From positions 1-59,340 of the IMG/VR virus record IMGVR_UViG_3300035670_000235: a stretch of DNA of 59,340 bases; one strand, given 5' to 3'. Under the pieces are notes generated by a model. The model had not been told where the DNA came from and did not search any database. It saw nothing but the letters and a program-made list of their open reading frames with translations. Source of the DNA: a virus (taxonomy: Duplodnaviria > Caudoviricetes). Numbering within the stretch: the first letter of the stretch is position 1; every line of letters starts with the position of its first letter. The position numbers and the translations under genes were made by a program. Shown here one piece after another: positions 47,238-55,911 of this stretch.

Positions 47238-47648
47238 CTACCAACTGGCCTGATAAATCACCATGCGGTATTCACCTGGCACTCTGTTCTCCATGTCGCT
47301 CACCCACAGCAAGGCTCTCTGAAAGATGGCGACATCCTCTGCAACCCTCTCATCACTAGTTTGTGATACGCCAAAGAAAAAGCCTTCAGTGAATGGCAAC
47401 TTCCTTGTTTTGATTGCCGATATAACCTCCCTGATATCAGGCTCTGTTAGGTATATCTCTCGACAATCATCGACACCACTGGCGAAACTCTGCACCATGT
47501 AGCCATGCAGGTTGGGATGCTTACGCCAGTAGCCCAACTCATATCGCTTCGACCTCAGTCGAAAGCCATCCTCCATGATGTTCTTACTCGGGTCTTCGAA
47601 GTCATCGATGAATGACTTCTCACCAGTCAGGTACATATCAAGTCCCAT
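47238..47648 (-). CDS. Conserved phage protein (MGLDMY...YWRK...Y.ASW family)
   Basis: MGLDMYL, GYWRKHPNLHG, GFFFG, YQASW. Confidence 0.7.
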   Translation of the reverse strand: MGLDMYLTGEKSFIDDFEDPSKNIMEDGFRLRSKRYELGYWRKHPNLHGYMVQSFASGVDDCREIYLTEPDIREVISAIKTRKLPFTEGFFFGVSQTSDERVAEDVAIFQRALLWVSDMENRVPGEYRMVIYQASW

Positions 47649-47660
47649 GTCATCACTCCT

Positions 47661-47927
47661 TTAGTATTTGTATAAGGTACTCAGTACAGGCAGGGTTGGT
47701 CTGTTCCGGTCTGTTGTGAACATCGCCCCCGCCCCATTACCCTCATCGTCCATGCTAGGCCATAGCAACGTGCCGTCATCCAGTTCAAAGATAACTGACC
47801 GTGTATGCCAACCGAGTCGCTTCGCCTCCTTCTTGTCAAGGTATCGAGCAGCCACAATCGTGCGGCCAACCAGTAAGTCTTGAGCAGCCTTTTCCCAATG
47901 CTGCTCTGGGTTTTGAATGATGCTCAT
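47661..47927 (-). CDS. Hypothetical protein (start probably MSIIQ)
   Basis: LVGRTIV..RY; PSMDDEGNG.G. Confidence 0.55.
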   Translation of the reverse strand: MSIIQNPEQHWEKAAQDLLVGRTIVAARYLDKKEAKRLGWHTRSVIFELDDGTLLWPSMDDEGNGAGAMFTTDRNRPTLPVLSTLYKY

Positions 47928-48868
47928 TAATAGCCACCCATTTCCCATTCGACCCTCATGTTGAAGGGCGTGAGGCCGTGATCGGTGAACAACTCCTCGA
48001 TCCACTGCGCTGCCATAACCGGATCATCTGCCACGATGTCCTCGCATTCGGCACTCTCGTAGGCGAACTCCAACAAGGCGCTGGCTTTCCACGGCGCATC
48101 GTTGACCCACTGCAGTAGGTTGTTGTTGAGCCATGAGTTGTAGGCAGCCTTGACCACCACCTTCATCTCTGTCGGTGAGTTGCGAGATACCTCCTTGCTT
48201 TTCTTGTTGTATGAATAGCCCTCCTCCCAGTCGTAGTAGGAATACTCACCGGCATAGCGACTGCCATAGGAGGAATACACAGAGGCGCCAGAGGTTTTAG
48301 CGCCAAGCCCATATCTACCGGCAGACCATGCGTAGGTGTTGGAGAGCCACGCACCTTGGAAGGTCACGCCTGCACTGCGATTGATGATGATGGACTCGCC
48401 GGTGTGCAGCATGAAGCCGAACTTGTTAGTGCCACCGATCAGATCGCCAAGGAACGCCTGATACTGCGGATCGAGCAGTAGCGCAGGGTTATACGACACA
48501 GCAGGCTCGATGACATTGCGGATGAAGTGCCAGGTATCGGACTTCTTCTTGTCGTTGTCATTGCCTGACGAGAGGATGCCGTTGTGCGCCATCCAGATGT
48601 TCTTGGTCACCATGTAGGGATGGCAGTTGTCGAGGTCGATATCGCCGTGAGTCTGCATACGGGCATGCCAGATGCAGTCACGACCATCTGCATACTGACG
48701 ATAGAACTCCACGAAATCCTGCGCCGTCTTGGGCAGCAGCTTCTTGACTACAACATGGCCAGCCTCGGCGTACATGATGCCGATGCCGTCACGGTTCTTG
48801 CTATACACGTCACGCAGGAAATCGTCGGTGAATTGGGTATCTTGATTCTGTTGAACTAACAAACACAT
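47927..48868 (-). CDS. Class II (Ntn) glutamine amidotransferase
   Basis: MC start, N.DG.G, H.RM.THG, NCHP, HNG, SDT. Confidence 0.85.
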   Translation of the reverse strand: MCLLVQQNQDTQFTDDFLRDVYSKNRDGIGIMYAEAGHVVVKKLLPKTAQDFVEFYRQYADGRDCIWHARMQTHGDIDLDNCHPYMVTKNIWMAHNGILSSGNDNDKKKSDTWHFIRNVIEPAVSYNPALLLDPQYQAFLGDLIGGTNKFGFMLHTGESIIINRSAGVTFQGAWLSNTYAWSAGRYGLGAKTSGASVYSSYGSRYAGEYSYYDWEEGYSYNKKSKEVSRNSPTEMKVVVKAAYNSWLNNNLLQWVNDAPWKASALLEFAYESAECEDIVADDPVMAAQWIEELFTDHGLTPFNMRVEWEMGGY

Positions 48869-48916
48869 TGTCATTACTCCTTGGTTGATTTGATTGTCGA
48901 GCCTTGCATAACAATG

Positions 48917-50380
48917 TTATGCGGCTTCTTCTGTTGATATTTCTGCTCGTCCACTAATGCGCTGCGATACATACGCTCGCAGTATTTTGGTGTCTGCTGC
49001 CAACTGCTTGGAGCAGAAGGTCAGGAACGCACCGGCTGACAGTTGATTGATGCCGGTGTTGGCTGGCTTGCAGAACTCGAGTATGGCGTGGCAGAACTCG
49101 ATTGCTGCGATCACGGCCTCGTACTTGAGACTGCCTCGGAAGATGCGGAACTCGATAGTGCGGCGGTTAGTGAGATTGACTGCCTCATATCTGTCGTGTC
49201 CGATGTGGATAGACTTGCCGACCTTCTTGTCGGACTTGACCACACAGAAGCCCGATGAGTAGCGGCGAGCCAATGCGCGGATGAACCACTCGTTTTCAGG
49301 TGAATTGACAAAAGCCACGACCTTCTGGATTTGAAGGTCAGTCAGGCCACGACGGCTGACATGGACATGCAGACCACAGGTAGTGGTGTTATGGCTACGC
49401 ATACCGCGAGTGATCGATCGCTGCGTGAGGAAGGTGAATAGATCACGCTGTGCGGGCAGTGACATAGGATCGGTGATCATCTCGAAGCCGCAGGACAGAG
49501 ACCCGTCACGCTCGAAGAACAGACGGTGACCGCTGTTCTCGACGTAATCCTTGATCATCTGTGCTTGTGAGGTGCGACTGGTCTCGACGCACTCGACCTC
49601 CAACTCGACGCCGATAAATCGGTCGTGCTTGGTAGTCCACTCGTCATTCTTATGCACGACACTGCTCTTGGATGAGTGGTACTCGCGGATGAGCGGAGGT
49701 GAGTACTCGTCATGGACGTACATCTCACGATCTTCGTCGTAGGTGAAGTCACCAGTGTTGTTGGAACTGATGGACACCTCGTTGCCATGATGATCGAGGG
49801 CAGTGCATACATCGTCGTTGTGGATGTAGCGATCCTCGTAGTCTGACCAAGTGTAGTTATCGTCGCAGCAACTTGGGCAAACGCTGTGGTAGTCGCCCAC
49901 GTTGCGCGAGTCATCTTCTGAGGTTATCTCGCCGCAGTCATCGCAGGTGAACGTGCCGATTGCGTTCTGCATGTACTCAAGAGCATCGGAGCCATCGCAT
50001 ACATAAGGCTCGTCGCAGTAGCGATGCCACAGGCGTAGTCGATCTGTCGAGATAGACTCATCCCGATAACTGACCTCGTTTTGGTACATCACCCATGGCA
50101 GCATGAAGCCATTGTCTTTGCAGGCGTCGGTCAACGGTCGCAGGATAAAACTCACGCAGTGATGGCGTGTGATGTTGTGCCGCCCGTCAACGCCTTGGTA
50201 CTCGTTGGTACGATAGGACGGCGTGGAAACGATGAACTTCTCCATCAGACTGATGGCAGTGTCACGTTCCTCGCTGTACAGTTTTAGGTAGGCCTTGATG
50301 AACGATCGCTGCCTGAAACGCGATAGGTCATGCGGATCGTCAAAAGCCCAAGCGAAATACTTTAAGCCGAAAATATGCAT
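48917..50380 (-). CDS. Putative amidoligase (Amidoligase_2-like) with N-terminal Cys-rich region
   Basis: GVELEVE, RDGSL..GFEM.T, TCGLHVHVS, RY.AVN, TIEFRIFRGS; start ATG 50380. Confidence 0.85.
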   Translation of the reverse strand: MHIFGLKYFAWAFDDPHDLSRFRQRSFIKAYLKLYSEERDTAISLMEKFIVSTPSYRTNEYQGVDGRHNITRHHCVSFILRPLTDACKDNGFMLPWVMYQNEVSYRDESISTDRLRLWHRYCDEPYVCDGSDALEYMQNAIGTFTCDDCGEITSEDDSRNVGDYHSVCPSCCDDNYTWSDYEDRYIHNDDVCTALDHHGNEVSISSNNTGDFTYDEDREMYVHDEYSPPLIREYHSSKSSVVHKNDEWTTKHDRFIGVELEVECVETSRTSQAQMIKDYVENSGHRLFFERDGSLSCGFEMITDPMSLPAQRDLFTFLTQRSITRGMRSHNTTTCGLHVHVSRRGLTDLQIQKVVAFVNSPENEWFIRALARRYSSGFCVVKSDKKVGKSIHIGHDRYEAVNLTNRRTIEFRIFRGSLKYEAVIAAIEFCHAILEFCKPANTGINQLSAGAFLTFCSKQLAADTKILRAYVSQRISGRAEISTEEAA

Positions 50381-50471
50381 GGTCTTCACTCCTTTGCATA
50401 ACATTGTTATGTGGCCTTTGGCCACGTACAGGCGCAAGCGCCTTCCCGTTTAATAATTATTCAACACGCTA

Positions 50472-50499
50472 ATTATACTCTCTTTTGTATATACGTCAA
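50472..50499 (-). promoter_or_regulatory. Sigma70 early promoter
   Basis: TTGACG-16 nt-TATAAT, GTATATAC in spacer. Confidence 0.8.
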
Positions 50500-50500
50500 G

Positions 50501-50704
50501 TTATCCCTGACTCTGTGTCACCTCGTGTCCGCCTGACACAATGCAGGCGTCATCCACCCACACTGCGTCTGCGCCATAGGCTAGGGCAAGCGTCACCACC
50601 TCCTCGTTGATGCCCTCGATCCAGCTCTCTGCCTCTGGACTGTCTGCGCTGTCGATACCGTCATACTCAAATACCACTGTCACTCTCAGTGCTTTATTGC
50701 TCAT
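50501..50704 (-). CDS. Small acidic protein
   Basis: 67 aa, AGGAG RBS. Confidence 0.55.
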   Translation of the reverse strand: MSNKALRVTVVFEYDGIDSADSPEAESWIEGINEEVVTLALAYGADAVWVDDACIVSGGHEVTQSQG

Positions 50705-50963
50705 GGGTTTTCTCCTGATGTTCTACGCATCCAAAATCGTCGCGGGTAATAAGCATTGCAGAATAGTCCTCGCCATCCTGCACAAAGAACTTGCTGTCTT
50801 TGCGCCTATCCTCGTTGAGTTTCTCGTTGTGATCATCGTCGTACCAGTCAATGGCTTCCCAGTACTTGACCACCTTCCTGCATACGCCTAGGTTGGGCAA
50901 ATCCCAGTCATGCAACTTGTCTTGACTCCATTTAGCCCAGTGCTGGCATGTTTCACACCTCAT
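50694..50963 (-). CDS. Cys-containing hypothetical protein
   Basis: C.TC.HW...G.C...T..DFGCV.H. Confidence 0.55.
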   Translation of the reverse strand: MRCETCQHWAKWSQDKLHDWDLPNLGVCRKVVKYWEAIDWYDDDHNEKLNEDRRKDSKFFVQDGEDYSAMLITRDDFGCVEHQEKTHEQ

Positions 50964-50964
50964 C

Positions 50965-51162
50965 TCAAACCTCCGTTTCGTCAAATAGATGCTGCTCGAT
51001 AAAGAACAGTTGATTACCCTCGACACCAAACTTCCTGTACCAAGCGATCTTCTTTTCGCGGTACTCCTCGGCCTTCTCCATCGTGGAGAACACTCCCATG
51101 ACCGAGAAACTGAGCAGCCCGGTCGAGTGAGACTGTTTCATCAAGACGTATACCGAATTCAT
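50965..51162 (-). CDS. Hypothetical protein
   Basis: VYVL...GVFST.EKAE motif. Confidence 0.55.
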   Translation of the reverse strand: MNSVYVLMKQSHSTGLLSFSVMGVFSTMEKAEEYREKKIAWYRKFGVEGNQLFFIEQHLFDETEV

Positions 51163-51170
51163 TTCGCACC

Positions 51171-51530
51171 TCAATCCAGTCTGGAATTGGCATGGGCTTT
51201 GATCCCTGCCTCGTTGAGTACCTTGGCGAAAGCGATGGCATAGGCTTCCTTGCGAGCGATCGACTGACCGCCCTCGCTCACCCACACACACAGCCCTTTC
51301 GGGTAATGCGGACGAGCCACGCCTGCCTTCTTCGCCCATCGACCGAAGGCAGTGTTACCGGCGAACTCCACCCATGCGAACCCACACGCACCCTCACTGA
51401 TGTAGTAGGACTTCCGCTCACCTCCAGGCACACCACCTGTCACCACCATTGGATCGGGCTGACACTCCTGCAAGGCAGCCATTCCTGCGTCATGCGCCTT
51501 GTTCACTAAACCCTGATAATCAATACCCAT
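51171..51530 (-). CDS. Conserved phage early protein
   Basis: GACGFAWV...QSIARKEAYA.AFA.VL...GI...SRLD; start MGIDY. Confidence 0.7.
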   Translation of the reverse strand: MGIDYQGLVNKAHDAGMAALQECQPDPMVVTGGVPGGERKSYYISEGACGFAWVEFAGNTAFGRWAKKAGVARPHYPKGLCVWVSEGGQSIARKEAYAIAFAKVLNEAGIKAHANSRLD

Positions 51531-51597
51531 GTGACTCACTCCTCTGTTGTTTGCTGTCGTCACGTACAGGCGCTGAAGCGCCTTTCCACATAACAAG

Positions 51598-51819
51598 TTA
51601 TGCGACAAGTTTGCCGCTTCGAATTAGGGCAGGCTCTGCACCCAAAGCCACTGCCTTCTCATACAGGGCGACGGCATGGAGTTTGTCTCCCACGACAATC
51701 ACCTGACCCTTGATCTTGATCGCCCAACGGGATGCCCCCTTGTTGCGGAGGTTGTCCATCACGCGGGCAGTTGTGCCGCCTGTCTGGAGGCGGTCATAAG
51801 TACGGCTATCGAGTCTCAT
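51598..51819 (-). CDS. Hypothetical protein (start MRLDSR)
   Basis: AAGGAG RBS; stop inside a palindrome copy. Confidence 0.55.
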   Translation of the reverse strand: MRLDSRTYDRLQTGGTTARVMDNLRNKGASRWAIKIKGQVIVVGDKLHAVALYEKAVALGAEPALIRSGKLVA

Positions 51820-51849
51820 GCGATTCTCCTTCTGGCTTGTTGAACACCC

Positions 51850-52350
51850 ACGGCTGCCCTGTCTCCCAACAAGGCAGCCTAGGCTGTCCACTACTGCGGT
51901 ACAGCGATATATGCGGATACTGATGGCAGCGACATAACATTGTTATGTGCTTCAGCCACTAACGCCGCAGGACATACATTGCCTGTCCGTATCGGCTACG
52001 GAGCAAGTCATCTAGGCGTCTATGCACACAGGCTTAACACGATCGAACCGGCTATCCGGTGCTGTGACCCGACAGACCGCAGTCCATCTATCGTCAATCG
52101 TCTACCCTTATAGGGCTGTCTAACACCTTCTTGTGTGTGTACACAGAAACCGACTTGTCACGACTTCACTCCTCGCGTGTGCAGCCCACACGCCAGCGCA
52201 TCATTGCCCGAACAGAGTGTCAGTCTGTCCCGATCCTTTTCCAGATCGTTTCAGGGGTCACCGCCCATAACTAGGCTCGCCCATCCCGCCTACCGACTGA
52301 ACTTACATAACATTGTTATGCAAACTTGTAATGCCTTATCCAGTCTTGGC
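51850..52350 (-). ncRNA. ~500-nt structured non-coding leader/ncRNA candidate
   Basis: Directly downstream of a consensus promoter, no - strand ORF of 60 aa or more across most of it, many hairpins. Confidence 0.5.
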
Positions 52351-52356
52351 TCCGCC

Positions 52357-52385
52357 ATTATAGCAAATGTATATACATATGTCAA
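52357..52385 (-). promoter_or_regulatory. Perfect-consensus sigma70 promoter
   Basis: TTGACA-17 nt-TATAAT, spacer contains TGTATATACA. Confidence 0.9.
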
Positions 52386-52483
52386 TACCCCCTGACACTT
52401 ATCCGCCCGCCTGCCTATTGCCTAGCGCCTATCACGCCATGTACATTCCGACCATCCGAAATTCGTTATAAGGTCATAACGTC

Positions 52484-53053
52484 ATGCCGAGCAATCAACC
52501 GACTATGCAGGGGCTGAAGCCTCTGACTAAAAATGCCATTAAGTTCTGTGAGTTAGTGGTGAAGGGCGACCGTCCGGTGCAGGCCTATGCGACCGCCTAT
52601 CGTCCTGGAGAGAACGCCAAGAAAGCGTCTATACATTCTGCGGCCGCCCGTCTGATGGGCGATCCGAGGGTGCAGCGACACATCGAGGGGCTGAAGCGAA
52701 AGAGCGAGAAGGCGCTTCTGGAGCAGAGCATCGGACTGAGGGAGTGGACGCTCACCCGTCTGAAAGAGGAGGCGAGTGACAGAAACAGCCCGCCTGCCTC
52801 GCGTGTGTCTGCCCTATCGATTCTGGCGAGGGCATCGAAACTGATCGAGACTGGCAGCCAGCAAGTGAACGTGAATGTGGCGAATGTCACCCGCCCGTCT
52901 GCCGAGGTGGAGAGCGAACTGATCGCCCGTCTGTCTGCGCTAGTGCAAGCGCCTGTCAGCCATGACGATGCAGAGGATGAGGACGACATTCTGGGCGAGG
53001 ATGGCAGCGAGGATGACGTCGAGGGCGAGGGTGATGACGCGGAAAGCGCGTAG
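52484..53053 (+). CDS. terS: Terminase small subunit-like protein
   Basis: LT....KFC...G....QAY..AY...SAAARL..DPRV HTH pattern; acidic tail. Confidence 0.7.
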   Translation: MPSNQPTMQGLKPLTKNAIKFCELVVKGDRPVQAYATAYRPGENAKKASIHSAAARLMGDPRVQRHIEGLKRKSEKALLEQSIGLREWTLTRLKEEASDRNSPPASRVSALSILARASKLIETGSQQVNVNVANVTRPSAEVESELIARLSALVQAPVSHDDAEDEDDILGEDGSEDDVEGEGDDAESA

Positions 53054-53078
53054 CCACATAACATGTTATGCAAAAAGC

Positions 53079-53109
53079 AAAAAGCCCTAGGGCGTTAACC
53101 CTAGGGCTT
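53079..53109 (-). terminator. Terminator between convergent genes
   Basis: AAGCCCTAGGG-CGTTAA-CCCTAGGGCTT with A/T tracts. Confidence 0.8.
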
Positions 53110-53140
53110 GGTGGTGGAATCGGCGCGGACGTTTTAGGTT

Positions 53141-53623
53141 TTACTTGCTATTGGCGATTGCGGAAGCGAACAGGCCGTCAATGCGCGATCGCATCGAGGT
53201 TAATTCGGCCTTACCTTTACCGGCTACCCATGCCGACACTACAGAGAGAAAATCTGTAGGCGTTGCGGCCTGAATAGTCGCTGTGGTCGCTGCGGCCTTA
53301 CCGCCCTTCGCGGTAGTGGCTGCGGCCTTTGGTGTCGCCTTTGGTGCGGCCTTTCGGCCGCCTTTACGGGCTACCAGTTTGATGTTAGCGGCGGCGAGAA
53401 TGTCACGGTTCAGAACCGTGTTAATCGCAGCCTTTACGTTGGTCGCTTTACTCTTATCGGATACCGCCTTGTCCACCGCCTCATTAACGGCCTTGCGGCG
53501 CGCTATGTAGTCGGCTGCGGTCTTGCATCCAGAGTAAAGGTCTAACACTTTCGCCTTGAATGATCCGCGGGTTTTCTCCACAGCATCAAAGGCGGTGACA
53601 ACAGGCTTGATATTAACGGACAT
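53141..53623 (-). CDS. Lys/Ala-rich early protein (histone-like linker)
   Basis: RKGGRKAAPKATPKAAATTAKGGK; own promoter and terminator. Confidence 0.65.
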   Translation of the reverse strand: MSVNIKPVVTAFDAVEKTRGSFKAKVLDLYSGCKTAADYIARRKAVNEAVDKAVSDKSKATNVKAAINTVLNRDILAAANIKLVARKGGRKAAPKATPKAAATTAKGGKAAATTATIQAATPTDFLSVVSAWVAGKGKAELTSMRSRIDGLFASAIANSK

Positions 53624-53711
53624 AGGATTCTCCCAATGGTTGTGAGTGTGCTATGTCCGCACCGATTCCAGATTTTTACAGAGCGAGTCGGCCGCTAGTG
53701 CCGACATGGAT

Positions 53712-53739
53712 ATCTTAACATCGGTATATACAAATGCAA
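53712..53739 (-). promoter_or_regulatory. Sigma70-like early promoter
   Basis: TTGCAT-16 nt-TAAGAT with extended TG and GTATATAC in spacer. Confidence 0.6.
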
Positions 53740-54419
53740 GCCCTATCTCGCATAACAATGTTATGGCCACCTAGCGGACACCTGTAAAATTTCACAAGGA
53801 ACTGCCAGTCTCACCCTGGCGTCGCTCAAAGAATTACCAAAGAAATCACCCATACCCGCTTCGCGTGACGCTGGCGCGCGTCTGCGTGTACCCCCGACCC
53901 CCCGCTGCGCGTGACGGTACCCGCGCGCGACCCGTACACTATTCCGCTTATTAGATTCCCAACACTCCGACCCCCACCCGGTTGCTTAAAAACCACACCC
54001 CATTCCCACAGGCAGTTCCCCTTTTTTTTTGCAATAAAGTCATAGGAACCCCTACCCCACGGGGGGATATGCGATGTACGTACAACGTACACACATCGTT
54101 CATACCTATATCCGCTAGATGGACACAAAGTAAAATCGTATAAAACTGCCTACTGAATCTCCTAACGCTATGAATCTAATCAGGATTACTTGTAAAAAAA
54201 TACCTGTTGAATTTTTTGTCAAGGGGGGGTAGCATGCTAAAATCGAGGGAAATCCCCCCTAAGAACCCCCGGGTATTCCAACGTAAAGTCTGTATTAAGT
54301 CAGTACTGTTTGCAGGGGGTTATGCCTCGGGGCTAGTGAAGCCCCTCGGCATGGTGTATATATATACGCTGTACCGCGCGGCTTACTAGGCAGTTCTTAT
54401 TCTCAACCTTGACCCTAAT

Positions 54420-55904
54420 TTGCTTGGCAAGATTTCGGCTTTGCCTGATGCTCAGAAGGCAGAGATCTTGCATCTGGTTGAGGAGCTAGAGAAAGCCCGT
54501 GAGGTTGAGAAAGCTCAGCGGGGCTTCCTCCAGTTTGTGAAGAGTCAGTGGCCAGCCTTCATCGAGGGCAATCATCACAAGGTGATGGCTAAAGCTTTCG
54601 AGCGGGTAGCCAATGGTGAGTGCAAGCGCATGATCATCAACATGGCTCCTCGTCACACCAAGTCCGAGTTTGCTTCCTACATGCTCCCGGCTTGGTTTCT
54701 GGGTAACTACCCGAACAAGAAGATCATCCAGTGTTCGCACACAGCGGAACTGGCGGTTGGGTTTGGCCGAAAAGTAAGAAACCTCGTAGCCTCCGACGAC
54801 TACCACAAGATCTTCCCCGATGTGGACTTGCAGGCAGATTCCAAGGCGGCAGGCCGCTGGAGTACCAACAAGGGTGGTGAGTATTTCGCCATCGGTATTG
54901 GTGGTGCGGTTACCGGTAAGGGTGCTGATCTTCTGATCATCGATGACCCTCATAGTGAGCAGGAGGCTGCCCTCGGAGATCCTGCGGTCTACAACAAGAC
55001 CTATGAGTGGTACACCTCCGGCCCTCGGCAGCGTTTACAGCCCGGTGGTGCGATCATCATTGTGATGACCCGCTGGCACCAGCGGGATCTGACAGGCAGG
55101 GTGCTAAAGGCTTCCATCGAGCGTGGTGGCACTGATGAATGGGAGGTCATTGAGCTTCCCGCTATCCTGCCCTCGGGTAATGCGTTATGGCCAGAGTTCT
55201 GGTCGCTGAATGAGCTAGAGGCGATTCGATCAGAACTGCCTGCGGGTAAGTGGTCGGCTCAGTATCAGCAGAACCCCACCTCTGAAGAAGGGGCGATTGT
55301 TAAGCGAGAATGGTGGCAGGTATGGGAGCGAGAAGACCCGCCGCCTTGTGAGTTTTTAATTCAGTCCTGGGACACTGCCTTCACCAAGAAGCAAACCTCG
55401 GACTTCTCCGCCTGCACCACTTGGGGCGTGTTTAAGTATCCAAATCCGGAAACCGGCGTAACACAGAACAACATCATCCTTCTGGACGCTGTGAAAGAAC
55501 GCATGGAATTTCCGGAACTAAAGAAAAAGGCATATGAGATGTACATGCAGTACAACCCAGATGCCTTCATTGTGGAAGCCAAGGCCGCTGGCGCACCGCT
55601 GATTTATGAGCTTCGGGCGATGGGGATTCCGGTATCGGAGTTCACCCCGAGTCGTGGTAATGACAAGGTGGCCAGAGTCAATGCGGTCAGCGATTTGTTC
55701 TCTAGCGGGGTCGTATGGGCGCCGCAGACTCGCTGGGCAGAAGAGGTTGTTGAGGAATTCGCAGCCTTCCCTAACGCCGAGCATGATGACTTGGTAGACT
55801 CCAGCACCCAAGCCCTCCTGAGATTCAGGCAGGGTGGGTTCATATCAATCGATAGCGATGAGCCGATGGAAACCGTTCGGCGCCGTCGCATCAACTATTA
55901 CTGA
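54420..55904 (+). CDS. terL: Terminase large subunit
   Basis: MAPRHTKS Walker A variant, GKGADLLIIDDP, MTRWH..DL, SWDTA, HDDLVDS. Confidence 0.93.
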   Translation: MLGKISALPDAQKAEILHLVEELEKAREVEKAQRGFLQFVKSQWPAFIEGNHHKVMAKAFERVANGECKRMIINMAPRHTKSEFASYMLPAWFLGNYPNKKIIQCSHTAELAVGFGRKVRNLVASDDYHKIFPDVDLQADSKAAGRWSTNKGGEYFAIGIGGAVTGKGADLLIIDDPHSEQEAALGDPAVYNKTYEWYTSGPRQRLQPGGAIIIVMTRWHQRDLTGRVLKASIERGGTDEWEVIELPAILPSGNALWPEFWSLNELEAIRSELPAGKWSAQYQQNPTSEEGAIVKREWWQVWEREDPPPCEFLIQSWDTAFTKKQTSDFSACTTWGVFKYPNPETGVTQNNIILLDAVKERMEFPELKKKAYEMYMQYNPDAFIVEAKAAGAPLIYELRAMGIPVSEFTPSRGNDKVARVNAVSDLFSSGVVWAPQTRWAEEVVEEFAAFPNAEHDDLVDSSTQALLRFRQGGFISIDSDEPMETVRRRRINYY

Positions 55905-55911
55905 GGAAGGC

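Noticed and set aside
43021-53765. Palindrome copies as a CRISPR array or true integron
   Set aside because: Spacing is irregular (hundreds to thousands of bp), repeats are only 14-15 bp, and there are no cas genes, attC L boxes or tyrosine recombinase
54355-54370. GTGTATATATATACGC as a LexA SOS box
   Set aside because: Lacks the CTGT/ACAG ends; no other sign of a temperate SOS switch
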